From Bispira polyomma (Eukaryota), in assembly GCA_965649765.1 (NCBI GenBank), contig OZ287748.1:48856001-48920000 (forward strand): DNA of 64,000 nt, given 5' to 3'. Numbering within the stretch: the stretch's first letter is position 1; each line of letters begins with the position of its first letter. Both the position numbers and the translations under genes were made by a program. The notes beneath the pieces were generated by a model. That model ran no database searches, was not told where the DNA came from, and saw nothing but the letters and a program-made list of their open reading frames with translations. This document shows, in pieces, positions 25,681 to 39,079 of the stretch.

Positions 25681-26793
25681 AATGGTGAAAAAATGTGTTT
25701 AGTTCAGCAGCTGAAATAAAAGACTGATTTATGATAAGTAGCGTTCACCACTCCGGATACTGTGAACACATAGCAATGATGTACAAATAGAATTTAAAAA
25801 CCAAAATTTGTTAATAAAATCATTATTTATCAATTGTAATTGATGTTAAGGGTTCACACAAAATAAACATACCTCCTGACTGTATCCCTTCTGGTAAGCA
25901 AGGCGTTTCTTGGCTGTGTCAGCGTCACTGGACATATTTATTTCTATTCTGAAATGAATAAGAGAATGTGAGTGTCACATTTATGGTATAAATGTAGGCT
26001 CCAAAAACCTATATATGATATCCAAATTTAGTTTATTATAAATTCTAAGGTACAACTATATACACTCAATAATTAAATCAAAATGCTGACAATAACACAA
26101 GGTAAATAGTATATTTTCACAAGGTCACTGTGACACCTCATAAGATGCACTGTATTGCCTAAGTTTGTAGCTCTAGAAGTTCTCAGTTAAATACAAGTCA
26201 GGAATTAGTGGATGATCAACGTGCTTAACAGTTGCACATAGATGTAGTTCACAGGAATATGGCTCCTAGTGACTTCTACACTGACGTGTAGAATACAAGA
26301 ACAATCACACAGGCAAGAAAAAATTTGTGCACACTTAAAAGTATTACAGGGGTGACTTCTCTGTGGTAAGCGGCACACAGGTTACCATCCAGCTGAGTAA
26401 CTGTGATATGTTAATTCCTTTCAATATACACTGGGACTGGCATGTAGTACATGGACATTACACTGTTGCAAATAATCTTGGTGTCTGGATTGATGAAAAT
26501 TTGTTCAACCGAAATCGGTAGTGTCACTTTTGATTTGTGGTGTTGTCCTATATAGCATGATCAACTTATATGGAATGAATAATTAGGATATTGTACATTG
26601 TGATAACTAAGACACATACCATTACATAAAATAGGTTGAATATGTACGAAATTACATGGGTTGAAATTGAAAAATTCAGGGAAATTAGGTCCACAATTTC
26701 AATTTGCTTCTATATATAGAAAGAACACATATTTATCGGGAAAAACAAAAGTCCCAGAACGAGCTAAATTAGAATGCCTAGAGGATACGGTGT

Positions 26794-27296
26794 ACCCTCA
26801 CACCTTGCATGTTAACTGGGAATTATAAGACACGTCACCACAGCATTACAGACTACATGGTCTTAGAATGACCCTCACACCTTGCACGTTAACTGGGAAT
26901 TTTAAGACACGTCACTACAGCATTACAGACTACATGGTCTTAGAATGACCCTCACACCTTGAATGTTAACTGGGAATTATAAGACACGTCACTACAGCAT
27001 TACAGACTACATGGTCTTAGAATGGCCCTCACACCTTGAATGTTAACTGGGAATTATAAGACACGTCAATACAGCATTACGGTTACAGGGTCTTAGAATG
27101 GCCCCCACACCTTGAATGTTAACTGGGAATTATAAGACACGTCACTACAGCATTACGGTTACAGGGTCTTAGAATGGCCCTCACACCTTGAATGTTAACT
27201 GGGAATTATAAGACACGTCACTACAGCATTACGGTTACAGGGTCTTAGAATGGCCCTCACACTTTGAATGTTAACTGGGAATTATAAGACACGTCA
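26794..27296. repeat. Minisatellite, 76-77 bp unit, ~6.5 copies
   Basis: Unit ccctcacaccttgaatgttaactgggaattataagacacgtcactacagcattac..gtcttagaatg. Confidence 0.95.
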
Positions 27297-29514
27297 GACT
27301 TAGCTGATTCTAACTAATGCAAAGTGGGGGTAACAAGTAGACCACAGTCACAGATCAATAACATTAGCTTTGAAGGACAATGCATGGGACATATGATCAG
27401 CTGTTAATAGCTTTAGCCAGTTAAGTGTGAAGCATGTTCAATACAGTACTAATGTAGCAGTTTCCAGTACAACAGACGGTTATAAACGTGTAAATGTACA
27501 CTGTTTGAAGGTGTAAACAAGTACAATACATTTACTTCTGGCTGTGTGAGTCATTAAAAGCTTGACGGAAATGTGTCATGTACCTAATATATCCAGTCTT
27601 GTTTAGGCTATTATCTATAGAATACTACAACAGTCATATGCTGTCTTACAAGGCCAATTATGTCTGGTAGAAAGAATACTCCCTAACTGTTACCATGGTA
27701 TAATGCCTTACAACTGTCTTGGTCATTTATGGACTCCCTGGTTAAATGTATGAAGTGACCAATGGAATCTGTTACACAGTTCATCGCGCTGACCATCAAG
27801 TGGACAACCATACTGACAAAGTTGACGGGTAGAATGGAGACCTAGTCAGAGAGGTAGAGATTGGGGAGGTCAGTCTACAACTCACTAACTGGACAACAAA
27901 TTTAGCTACCTACTGTTTTAGTTATTAGCTCATTTTTCTTTGCATGACTTATTTGAGTATAATAACTAGTTGTCTTCATGTTAGGGAACAGAGATGCTTG
28001 ATTAAGGCAGATATCATACACTTTGTGTAGTTTGGGCACAGATTGATAATAATTGGGTGAGTGTAACCTCAGATGTATCTTACTTGCGCCTTGATCATTG
28101 ATAGCTTTGTCCTGTGTATGGAGCCCAACACCTAAACGGGGTAGGTAGGTTACAATTATTCAGAACTATTCCTTGACAAAGCAATTTAGCACAAGTAGAG
28201 ATTACGTAGTTTTGCACTAGAAATACAACTTTGAAATGTTTTGAAAAAATCTCTCATACATTTGAATGTATGATTTTGGGTCATCACATAAAAAACTAAG
28301 GTATGTGCTGTGGGTACGTAGAGGTAATCTCTATATTAATCTGACAGACTTTCTCCTTGAAAACCTTGAATTCTTTACTCTTATAATCCCACAAAACACA
28401 TCTATATAGTGACATGCAACACGTTTGGAACCATGTAAACCTGACGCACAAATGGGCCTTAGAGAATATACAGTTTGTTGCTACAGTAAATTTATTCTTA
28501 GCCACTTTAACTATTTTATTTTTTATTGTTAGAGCTTATTTGGAACCCTAAATAAGAAACACTCCTAACAGCTTTAATCAATATACCACTATGGGTTATA
28601 CCTGATATATCATATCATTTTTAATACCACTTTTACTGAACATAGCCAGTTGATATGTGTCTGGATAAAACTTAATATCAAAATCTGCATCAAATTTGTC
28701 CCATATCTGTAACATTATTCTGATACAAGAGACTTTTGGACGTAGATAATATCATCTGCATATTATACTAATGTTACAATGGTGTTAAGCTGATAACAAG
28801 CAGGTCATTCATTATAGGTAAATAGTAATATCCCAGTTTTTACAGTTACAATTATTGTGTTATGTTGGGTGTCGTAATAAATGTTTGGATGGTGCGTGTG
28901 GGTGGGACAATTTGGGAACGTGTTTACTATTTTATTTGATGACCACAGAGATGACATAAACATAAAAACCTGTGTTTACCTGCCCTCAGTCCTAAACGAG
29001 ATCATAATATAAATAATATGTAAAAATGGTCAATATTGGTAAAGATAAACTCTTAAAGACTAATAGAGTAACCAGATTTTGAAGATCTGTAAAAATGGTA
29101 CGTATTATAGAGGAATGAATGTCATATTATAGATTATCTTCAAGACTTAGCGTATCTAAGGGATAATAACACTACAAGATTTACAATTTATGAAATAAAT
29201 TTCATGTTAAAATATGATCAAATTGAATTTATGATTGAATTCAATTGTCCTTGTAAAACATATATTGACTGTGTACTTGGAGTACGAAATAAACTACTAA
29301 TATTTTTATTAAGTATGTCAAAAGTAACTCAAGCAAGTCTACAACTAAAAATAGCATGGAGATAACCTACTACTAATCTTTGTTATCACTAATTGTGTTT
29401 GTTTGTAGAGTTCAGTAAAACTTGTCATTATTGTTTTCAATATTGTCTTTGTCTTTTTGTTTTTGTATTGTAACCATGTGATCTAATAAAAATATTTATA
29501 AAAAAACTACAACT

Positions 29515-29750
29515 AATGCAACAGACGTGGTTTAACACCTACTTGTGGTCAATTAAAGGACAGATGTGGTCGGGGCAGATCTAAACATCTACAAGGAGTA
29601 ATTAACACTGACCTGTGGTCAATTAAAGGACAGACGTGGTTGGGGTAGATCTAAACAAGGAGTAATTAACACCAACTTGTGGTCAATTAAAAGACAGATG
29701 TGATCGGGGCATATCCTAACATCTACAAGGAATAATTAACACCAACAAAT
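29515..29750. repeat. Short tandem repeat, ~65-70 bp, 3-4 copies
   Basis: Recurring tgtggtcaattaaaggacaga(t/c)gtggt..acaaggagtaattaacac. Confidence 0.8.
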
Positions 29751-30817
29751 GGTACAGTTCTATGTACTAGAGTAGTAGCTTAAGTATTGGACTGAGGCGT
29801 GTAGTATACTTTGTGTAACAATTACCTCTCTGATTTGGGACTCTCTTGGAAGTGTTGGATTTCTTGGCTGGTATTCACAAACATTTGTATTCTTAAATTT
29901 ACGTTTCAAGCAACTTTGTAGGCTCGAAATTTTGTTTCAAAGAATCTGATTGATCGAAACAAAACATATTGTTTTGCCTGTGAATTTGATCCAGGTATAT
30001 ATGGAGCATTATTGAAACCAAATCTTTTTTATCAACAATCTGTATATAATTGAGAAAGTTTTTACAAACACCATGAAATACTTTCACTTTTTGGATAAAC
30101 GTAGTATGGTTAATGGTTTGCTGTACAGAATTAGATATCTCAGGACAAGTTGGGAGATGTCACCTATTGTACACTAATATAAATGCAGAGAAATACGGTC
30201 TAGCACTCATATTTACTGTAAACGTTAGTCCTGTCACACAAGTGTAGAATATCAGTAAATAATTTAACTTTAGATACATTGATAACATTACACGTAAATG
30301 TCTGTCTGTGACAAGGGAAAGTAAGACCTAGCATCTCAAAATTACCTGACTTAATCAATTAAAAACAAGAAATCCATTGATAAACATAAATATTGTACCA
30401 GTACAAGAAGTGTTATACAAACAAAACGCATGTAGAATTCTACAACTTTATAGATAAATAAATATTTAATTCAAGTTTCTCCAAAATTAAATTAAATTCT
30501 AACACAATGAGCTGCGTCAATACACCATTATTTGTTTCTGCGCACAGATAGTCTAAGGTGATAATTAATGTTATGATGTGCAATATTAAGGAATTTTAAT
30601 AACTAAAATATCAATAGCACCGTTATACTGAAATTACAATAAGCTACTCTTTCAGTCTTTGTGCACTAACTACCAGAAATGCATGATTTTATATCCTTGT
30701 TCTCCTAGATCATAGGTGATTTCTACATTTATTTCTACAGTTCTTACAAATGTTATTCTACTTTGTAATGTAAGCACACACGATTTGATCCCCGCTCTTA
30801 CACCTCCATACTGTTAC

Positions 30818-30963
30818 CATAGGCGAATCCAGGATTTTGTAAAGGACGGGTCCATGTCCACAATATATACATCAATGTTAACATTTGGTTGTTAGATTCG
30901 TGTTGAGTGCAGTTCCAAAACACATTTTCAAATGGTTGGGGTGTCCCCCTGGATCCGCCTATG
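30818..30963. mobile_element. 146 bp MITE (hAT-like TIR)
   Basis: TIR CATAGGCG(A/G)ATCCAGG at both ends; flanks tgttac/tattac (possible 6 bp TSD with 1 mismatch). Confidence 0.75.
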
Positions 30964-30994
30964 TATTACTGCTAATGTCACAGAGCACACTTAC

Positions 30995-31400
30995 CTGACA
31001 GACTGCTTACACTTATCCTCTACTTGTCACTCTCTCCAATCTCCTCTATATATACACGTGTGTGTGGAGTGTCGTCACCAGCAGCCCACTTATTGACAAG
31101 TTAATGGGCTGTGCCGGCCACCTTCATGGTAATGGCGCTCACTCAATGGCCATTATGTATGCAAATACTCAGTCACAGCCCTGTCTCTAATCGATGAACA
31201 CTCCAGATTTGATGTGTAAACAAGGGGAGTGGGGTGCTTTTAAAATCTACTTCCAGCTTTCTGACTACGTCACAGTGGGGTTTCTCACAATATTCAGTCA
31301 GCTCCTAATCAAACAGTGCCATAGGCTGGTTCTAGTGATTGGAGAACAACAACACTCCTCAAACCTGGTTGTTACATTTGTTAACTAACATGACATTAAT
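30995..31400 (-). promoter_or_regulatory. Candidate TATA promoter with a short first exon
   Basis: TATATATAG on minus at 31046-31054, E-box CACGTG 31055-31060, octamer ATGCAAAT 31159-31166, CCAAT ~31337-31342, consensus donor CAG|GTAAGT at 30995/30994; non-repetitive sequence. Confidence 0.4.
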
Positions 31401-31524
31401 GACACCTACTCACGCCATTTCTACCTATATTGACCCCTTCAGAAGGTTTGTAGGCACTTTTAATAGGAATATAATTCAGAGACGGCCACATCAGTTAAAG
31501 TAGCTGTATTGCTATGGGTCTTAG

Positions 31525-34030
31525 TCTCACTAGCTGTATGTATAACTATGTCACTAACCACCTAGTCTCACACACACAGTGTATGTATAACTATGTCACT
31601 AACCACCTACTCTCACACACAGTGTATGTATAACTATGTCACTAACCACCTAGTCTCACACACAGTGTATGTATAACTATGTCACTAACCACCTAGTCTC
31701 ACACACAGTGTATGTACAACTATGTCACTAACCACCTAGTCTCACACAGAGTGTATATATAACTATGTCACTAACCACCCAGTCTCACACACAGTGTATG
31801 TACAACTATGTCACTAACCACCTAGTCTCTCACACAGTGTATGTACAACTATGTCACTAGCCACCTAGTCTCACACAGAGTGTATATATAACTATGTCAC
31901 TAACCACCCAGTCTCACACACAGTGTATGTACAACTATGTCACTAACCACCCAGTCTCACACACACAGTGTATGTATAACTATGTCACTAACCACCTAGT
32001 CTCACACACAGTGTATGTACAACTATGTCACTAGCCACCTAGTCTCACACAGAGTGTATATATAACTATGTCACTAACCACCCAGTCTCTCACACAGTGT
32101 ATGTATAACTATGTCACTAACCACCTACTCTCATACACAGTGTATGTACAACTATGTCACTAACCACCTACTCTCATACACAGTGTATGTACAACTATAT
32201 CACTAACCACCCAGCCTCACACAGTGTATGTATAACTATGTCACTAACCACCCAGTCTCACACACACAGTGTATGTATAACTATGTCACTAACCACCTAG
32301 TCTCACACACAGTGTATATATAACTATGTCACTAACCACCCAGTCTCACACACAGTGTATGTATAACTATGTCACTAACCATCCAGTCTCACACACAGTG
32401 TATGTATAACTATGTCACTAACCACCCAGTCTCACACACAGTGTATGTATAACTATGTCAGTAACCACCCAGTCTCACACACAGTGTATGTATAACTATG
32501 TCACTAACCACCCAGTCACACACACAGTGTATGTATAACTATGTCACTAATCACCTAGTCTCATACAGTGTATGTACAACTATGTCACTAACCACCTAGT
32601 CTCACACAGAGTGTATATATATCTATGTCACTAACCACCCAGTCTCTCACACAGTGTATATATAACTATGTCACTAACCACCCAGGCTCTCACACAGTGT
32701 ATGTATAACTATGTCACTAACCACCTACTCTCATACACAGTGTATGTACAACTATGTCACTAACCACCTACTCTCATACACAGTGTATGTACAACTATAT
32801 CACTAACCACCCAGCCTCACACAGTGTATGTATAACTATGTCACTAACCACCCAGTTTCACACACACAGTGTATGTATAACTATGTCACTAACCACCTAG
32901 TCTCACACACAGTGTATGTACAACTATGTCACTAACCACCTAGTCTCACACAGAGTGTATATATAACTATGTCACTAACCACCCAGTCTCACACACAGTG
33001 TATGTATAACTATGTCACTAACCACCTAGTCTCACACACAGTGTATGTATAACTATGTCACCAACCACCCAGTCTCACACACAGTGTATGTACAACTATG
33101 TCACTAACCACCTAGTCTCACACACAGTGTATGTATAACTATGTCACTAACCACCCAGTCTCACACACAGTGTATGTATAACTATGTCACTAACTACCTA
33201 GTCTCACACACAGTGTATGTATAACTATGTCACTAACCACCCAGTCTCACACACACAGTGTATGTATAACTATGTCACTAACCACCTAGTCGCACACATA
33301 GTGTATGTATAACTATGTCACTAACCACCTAGTCTCATACAGTGCATGTACAACTATGTCACTAACCACCTAGTCTCACACACAGTGTATGCATAACTAT
33401 GTCACTAACCACCCAGTCACACACAGTGTATGTATAACTATGTCACTAACCACCCAGTCACACAAACAGTGTATGTATAACTATGTCACTAACCACCTAC
33501 TCTCACACACAGTGTATGTATAAGTATGTCACCAATCACCCAGTCTCACACACAGTGTATGTACAACTATGTCACTAACCACCTACTCTCACACACAGTG
33601 TATGTATAACTATGTCACTAACCACCCAGTCTCACACACAGTGTATGTATAACTATGTCACTAACCACCTAGTCTCACACACAGTGTATGTATAACTATG
33701 TCACTAACCACCTAGTCTCATACAGTGTATGTATAACTATGTCACTAACCACCTAGTCTCACACACAGTGTATGTATAACTATGTCAGTAACCACCCAGT
33801 CACACACAGTGTATGTACAACTATGTCACTAACCACCCAGTCTCATACAGTGTATGTACAACTATGTCACTAACCACCTAGTCTCACACACAGTGTATAT
33901 ATAACTATGTCACTAACCACCCAGTCTCACACACAGTGTATGTATAACTATGTCAGTAACCACCCAGTCACACACAGTGTATGTATAGCTATGTCACTAA
34001 CAACTCAGTCTCATACACAGTACATGTACA
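31525..34030. repeat. Minisatellite, ~43 bp unit, ~58 copies
   Basis: Unit cagtgtatgtataactatgtcactaaccacc(t/c)agtctcacaca with a variable CA tract. Confidence 0.97.
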
Positions 34031-34059
34031 GCTATGGCAGTAACAACCCACTCCTGTAC

Positions 34060-34235
34060 GTGAGAACCACACTTTGTTACTTGCTTCAATACATTCTAAG
34101 TGTATTGGTGTATTTTCTCTTTGGTAATACTTAGCTTTGCCCCTAGGACAGTCGCAAAGATAATCATCTATGTAGCAGTGTAACTTAAAATCGAATTTGC
34201 TCATGTGGTCTGCTATAATACCCAAGCAACAGTGA
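34060..34235 (-). mobile_element. DIRS/Ngaro-like RT fragment
   Basis: IIADHMSKFDFKLHCYIDDYL parallels VVRYIMKNHGHDVTNYIDDII of the 10.6 kb RT. Confidence 0.55.
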
Positions 34236-34329
34236 AAGGCGGCGCAGCCATGCCCCTGCCCTAATGTTTAATGCCCTAATGCCCTAATGACATGTTTAAT
34301 AAAACCCTACTCCATACAAGGGATAGACA

Positions 34330-34700
34330 TAATTGAGAGGATATACAATTACAGGATCTCCAGAGGTCGAAGGGTGGGCAAAAATTCATTTGGGATTTTA
34401 GTCCAGAGATTCCGGGTTATACTCTCAACCATGTAGCAAGAACCACCAGTAGTAGCCACCATAGTCCTAGCCTGTGTTGTCCTAGACAACATGATGAGAA
34501 CTGCTGCTATCAACATGGCAATGCAGCACCCAAATCCAGAAAAGCCCACTCATCCCACAGGAAGCACTTGCAGGAGAACATAACCAATCTGACTGTAGAA
34601 ATCCCAGCAGGGCAGCTGAAGAACACAGGGAGATACTCATGGGCTACTTCTTGAATGAGGGGACAGTGACATGGCAGAATCAACGAGTGTAAACCAATCG
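34330..34700 (+). pseudogene. PIF/Harbinger transposase C-terminal fragment
   Basis: YNYRISRGRRVGKNSFGILVQRFRVI..IVLACVVLDNMMR..YFLNEGTVTWQ. Confidence 0.8.
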
Positions 34701-34829
34701 GTCTTTATCAGGGCCAACTAAAACATTCCCATTACATTGTCTAAGTTGTTGTTAAAAAAAATGAAAACAAACCAATAGGGTTTCGGATAACCTAGCAACC
34801 TTTGCCTATCTAAATTTGCCAGTACCTGC

Positions 34830-35750
34830 TTCACAAAAACCTTGTGTAACAAAATACTGAAACATTACAAAAATCAATATAGACAAATTGAGAGACGTCA
34901 TCTGTACATCAAATGTGATGAAACATCCATGCAAGAATGCCGACAGCTTCAGCTCACAATACAATCAGAGCCTGTTAACTATCCTGTCTTACATTCTTAG
35001 AAGATAAATTTGAAATTTTTTTCATTGATAAAATCAGCAACATTCGTGACAGTCTCTAACAATGTCTCATTTCTGCCCGCCAACCCCAGGGCACAAGGTT
35101 TCTAACCTATTACATCTTTCTTAGAAGGATGTTCTAAACTTATGAAATCCTCTCCTATTAAATCTTGTGAACTAGATCCCATCCACGGTATTATTCTTAA
35201 TCAATGCCTGGACATTCTAGTCACAACCATAACCAAAATTTTTTCTCTTTGGGATTGTGTTTTCCCCACCTGTTTTAAAACTCAAAAACTACAGACCGGT
35301 GTCCAACCTCAGATTTATCTCTAAAATCATTGAGAAAACTGTGGCACAACAAATTTCTGACCACCTCAACCACACGTTTGACACCATTGAGCATGGCCTA
35401 CTTTGCGACACCCTCAAGAAATAGTTCGGGCTTAATGTTAGTTTTAGTGTTACTTTTGATTCTGCCTTTTTGGTTTACACTCATTTTGCCAACATCTGTC
35501 ACTCCTGGTATTACCACATTCGTGACACTAAAAGAATCCGAAACCTCCTGTTATTTGACATTGCTATAACTGTGGCTAATGCCTTTGTGAGTAACCGCCT
35601 TGACTACTGCAACTATCTTTTATTTGGAGTAAACAAGTCACAGATTAAAAAGCTCCAGTCCATTCAAAACTACCTAATATGTCTATGCAGGGTGATTTGT
35701 CGCCTGGGTGGTCGCTTAGACGTCACTCCTTACCTACAAAAATTACACAA
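34830..35750 (+). mobile_element. L2 LINE fragments (internally deleted)
   Basis: KSCELDPI, NYRPVSNL, NAFVSNRLDYCNYLLFG..KKLQSIQN. Confidence 0.85.
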
Positions 35751-36534
35751 TTACAATGAAAAAATATACTTGCCCTCAACTACCCTTTATGTGGAGACCC
35801 TCTAAAGTAGAACTGTGTTAAGTCAACTCCCCTTTATGTGGAAACCAGTCTTGGGACCCACTACAGTTTTTAATTTAAAATTTGCTTAAGTGGAAAGCTT
35901 GGTTAATTAGAGCTTATTTTCTCTGCTACTCTGGTGTTCAACTTTGAAGGGGGTTTAAGTGAATGTAATAACTGTTTGGGGGTCAATGACTTCAACATTT
36001 CAAAATTATTTTTTTAATTTATGTGTGTGTGTGGCAAGTTATTTTGGGGGGCACTGTGCTTCTTGTTGTAAGGGGTTGTGGCGTAAATTCGTGTCTGGAA
36101 GGTGTGGTATTATAATAGACTAATACTAACAGACAAGCTGTTTTAACAAAGACTTTCATTATAAGATTAACTGTTGTCATGTGCAGCAGTGAAATGATAA
36201 TATCTATGAATGACAAGAAATCGAATTAAGATTGGTAACAGGATGATAAGCCAGCCCTAAATCTCAAAAATGTTGAACGTTTTTGTGAAGTAGTCTAATA
36301 GGAAAATGTGCATCTAGTCTTATAATATCTAGTTTTTTTGGATATGATGTTTTTTCAGTTCAACTTGTACTGAAAATGTGCATTCGAATGGAAAACCTAT
36401 AAAAATAGTCACTAAAATTGTACCTACTTGGGCAACATCGAAGTTGAACAAAAAAGAGCAAGAACAGAATGTATCACAGAAGAGAGAAAATGTTTGAAAA
36501 ATCAAATCAGCTTTTTGCTTTTCAGAAGGTATCA

Positions 36535-36710
36535 TGTGGTCAATATTGTCTTCAAGATAGTTCAAAAGGGCATTATGAGCAATAGTGTCAAAAGCAGCAG
36601 ACATGTCCACACAGTTCAAACTCTTTGTTATCATCAGTAGAGTAATATTAGAGATAAATAGTAGTTCTAGTAAAGTGAGCACCAGGTAGACCTTGTCAAG
36701 TTTGACAGCC
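36535..36710 (-). mobile_element. L2 LINE RT fragment
   Basis: VDMSAAFDTIAHNALL. Confidence 0.7.
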
Positions 36711-37104
36711 CCTCATTTAAGATCAGTTCAGAAATACCAATATTTCCCGGTAAATTTCTGTCAAGGTTTTCCATCTTCCAGAGTGGTGAAAGATAAGGCA
36801 AATAGTAAAAAGTGTACATCTAATAGTTTATTTAGATGGCAAATTATACATTATGGTAGTTAGGTATATATATATATATATCAACTTGTGAAGATAGTTC
36901 AGTTTGCAAGACAAATTTAATTTTCTGTGGTTTTTGATCCTGATGGTGTCAGCCATACACACACCCATCTGAATGTATTTGCGTTAAAGCCCTGCTCTAA
37001 TATTGGCGGTATGGAAAGGCAGTTCAGGACGATATACATTCCACCTGGTACCTGCAGTAATCGTATATTGACTGTATTAATTCCGGGTCCAACCACCTCT
37101 GAAA

Positions 37105-39020
37105 TCCCCTAACCTTTTGTAACCAGCCGTGTCAGGCGATGGTTTTGAACATGTTCAAAATTTCAGTTTTACAGAGACGGCTCTGTCCGCCTCTAGCCAC
37201 TTTAAACCCTCTATTACTGTTGGTAAAATATTTGATGATGATAGAGCACATTGATAGATGGTGAGGGGCGAGTAAAGGCAGTTAAGCTACAGTCAAAGGC
37301 AGTTAGAGGCAGTTTGAGGCGGTCGCATCCGGTAGACTCCCAGTGAGGGGGGTTAATCCCCGCCGATTGGAGCAGTGAAAAGCGGCGAGAAGCAGTGGCA
37401 AGCAGTGGCAAGCAGTAGGAAGTTGTTGCGTGGTGGTACCAGCAGGTGACAGGCGATGAGGTGCCACCGGTCTCAGGTGAGGACTATATATGGTAGTAAT
37501 GGTTTGGGTGGTTCTGTTATGTATAGCGTACACGCGTGTATCACAATCTTTTTATTTCGCAGTGTCAGAGATTAAGTGTGTTTTGGTTTTTGTTTAAACT
37601 GGTGTACTATATAATTATTTTTGCAATTATCCGGAATATTACTGTAAATTATAGGACTATTAGATTATTTGGAATAATGCCTGTAAAAGAGCTCCAAAAA
37701 GGAACTAAAACTGTTGTTATTAGTAGTCCGCTGCTTCAAGAGGATGATGAGGAAAGTGACAGTGAAACTGTTGAGCAGGAGGTGGATATCAACCTGGCGT
37801 GGGACATCTTGTTTGGCTCCAGGGAATCGGAGGAAGGGAAGATGGAAAAAGTTGGGGAGGAGAGGGAGGAGAACCGAAAGAAGAAGAGAGGGCCAAGCTA
37901 CTTCTGGAAGCATCTTCTAGAGGCATCCTCTATAGCAAGGGCCTGAAAAGATTACAGGGACACCAAAAAAGGGCTAAACTCTGGGAGGAAAAGTTTGCCG
38001 AGATGAACCTGATCGGTAAGAAATTTTAATTTTTAATATGTAATAGATATGTATTTAACATGTAATGTTTAAGTATTAAATATGTAGTGAATATATGTAT
38101 TTAACATGTAACATAAAAGTATTAAATATGTAGTGAATATATAATATAAATAATGTATAGATAATGTGTTAATAGTCTCTAAATACTGATGTAATATATG
38201 TGTAATAAATATTGTTTTGATAATGTGTAAATAATAAATTGTTATAATCAAACGAAAGCGTGTAGTATTGCTGTATGGGTAGATGTCTTTGCTGTACTTT
38301 TAAGGCATCGGTAAACTTTAAATTGGAATGTTGTTTTTTATCAAAAAATTGGGGGTATTTTGTTCGTGCTATTTGCAGATGATAAAGTGGAATGCTAGTG
38401 GAAGGGCATCAGGACTCGGTTTGAGAAGCTGTCTGCCGCCAAGTCTGACGATGGGACCAGGGACATGACGGAGCGGAATAAATACATCTCCAGGAAGTTA
38501 GACTTCCTGGCTAAACGCATTGCTCGCATGCCCAACAAGCAGTCTTGTAATGTAAGTATCTGTATATATATATATTTGTTAGAAGTGATATTTGTATGTG
38601 GTGAGTATGTTTTAAAGATATATGTATGTAAATAATATTATGTATAAAAATAGAGGTTGTGTATATGTATATCAATATGTGCAATTGTTTATGGTTAGTA
38701 TAGACTTGTACACATTGACCTTTCCATGTTTTCCCGGTCTTTGTATTTAACCACTTAAGGCACAGGCACCCACTGTCATACAGGGGTCCACCCACGGATC
38801 TACCACAGATTTATCTGTAAAGGACGATATCCTGAGAGAGGGAATCACCACCTCGATCCGGATTCATCCCAATATCTGGCAAGAGTTCACCGACCACACT
38901 TATAAAGTGGTGAACAAGTGGAGAAGCAGCTACAGCAGATAACACTGCAGTTCCTGCCTGTGTCCCAGCCCCAGGCCCCACAGCAGCAGATCTTGGTGCA
39001 GCAGCCCAGTATTTCCTACC
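37105..39020 (+). mobile_element. PIF/Harbinger element remnant carrying a spliced MADF/Myb-like accessory pseudogene
   Basis: Subterminal palindrome ttttgaacatgttcaaaa; exon 37677-38015 (..KDYRDTKKRAKLWEEKFAEMNLI), GT-AG intron, exon 38379-38551 (WKGIRTRFEKL..KS..G..MTERNKYI..KLDFL), donor at 38552. Confidence 0.75.
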
Positions 39021-39079
39021 CGATGCATTTTATTTTTTGTGCTCACAGACATAGCTATTGCAAGTCGGCACACCGCATC

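Noticed and set aside
7790-34030. Regularly spaced repeats (70, 53, 77, 43 bp units) as CRISPR-like arrays
   Set aside because: Units are contiguous with no unique spacers, there are no cas genes, and the context is eukaryotic; they are ordinary minisatellites
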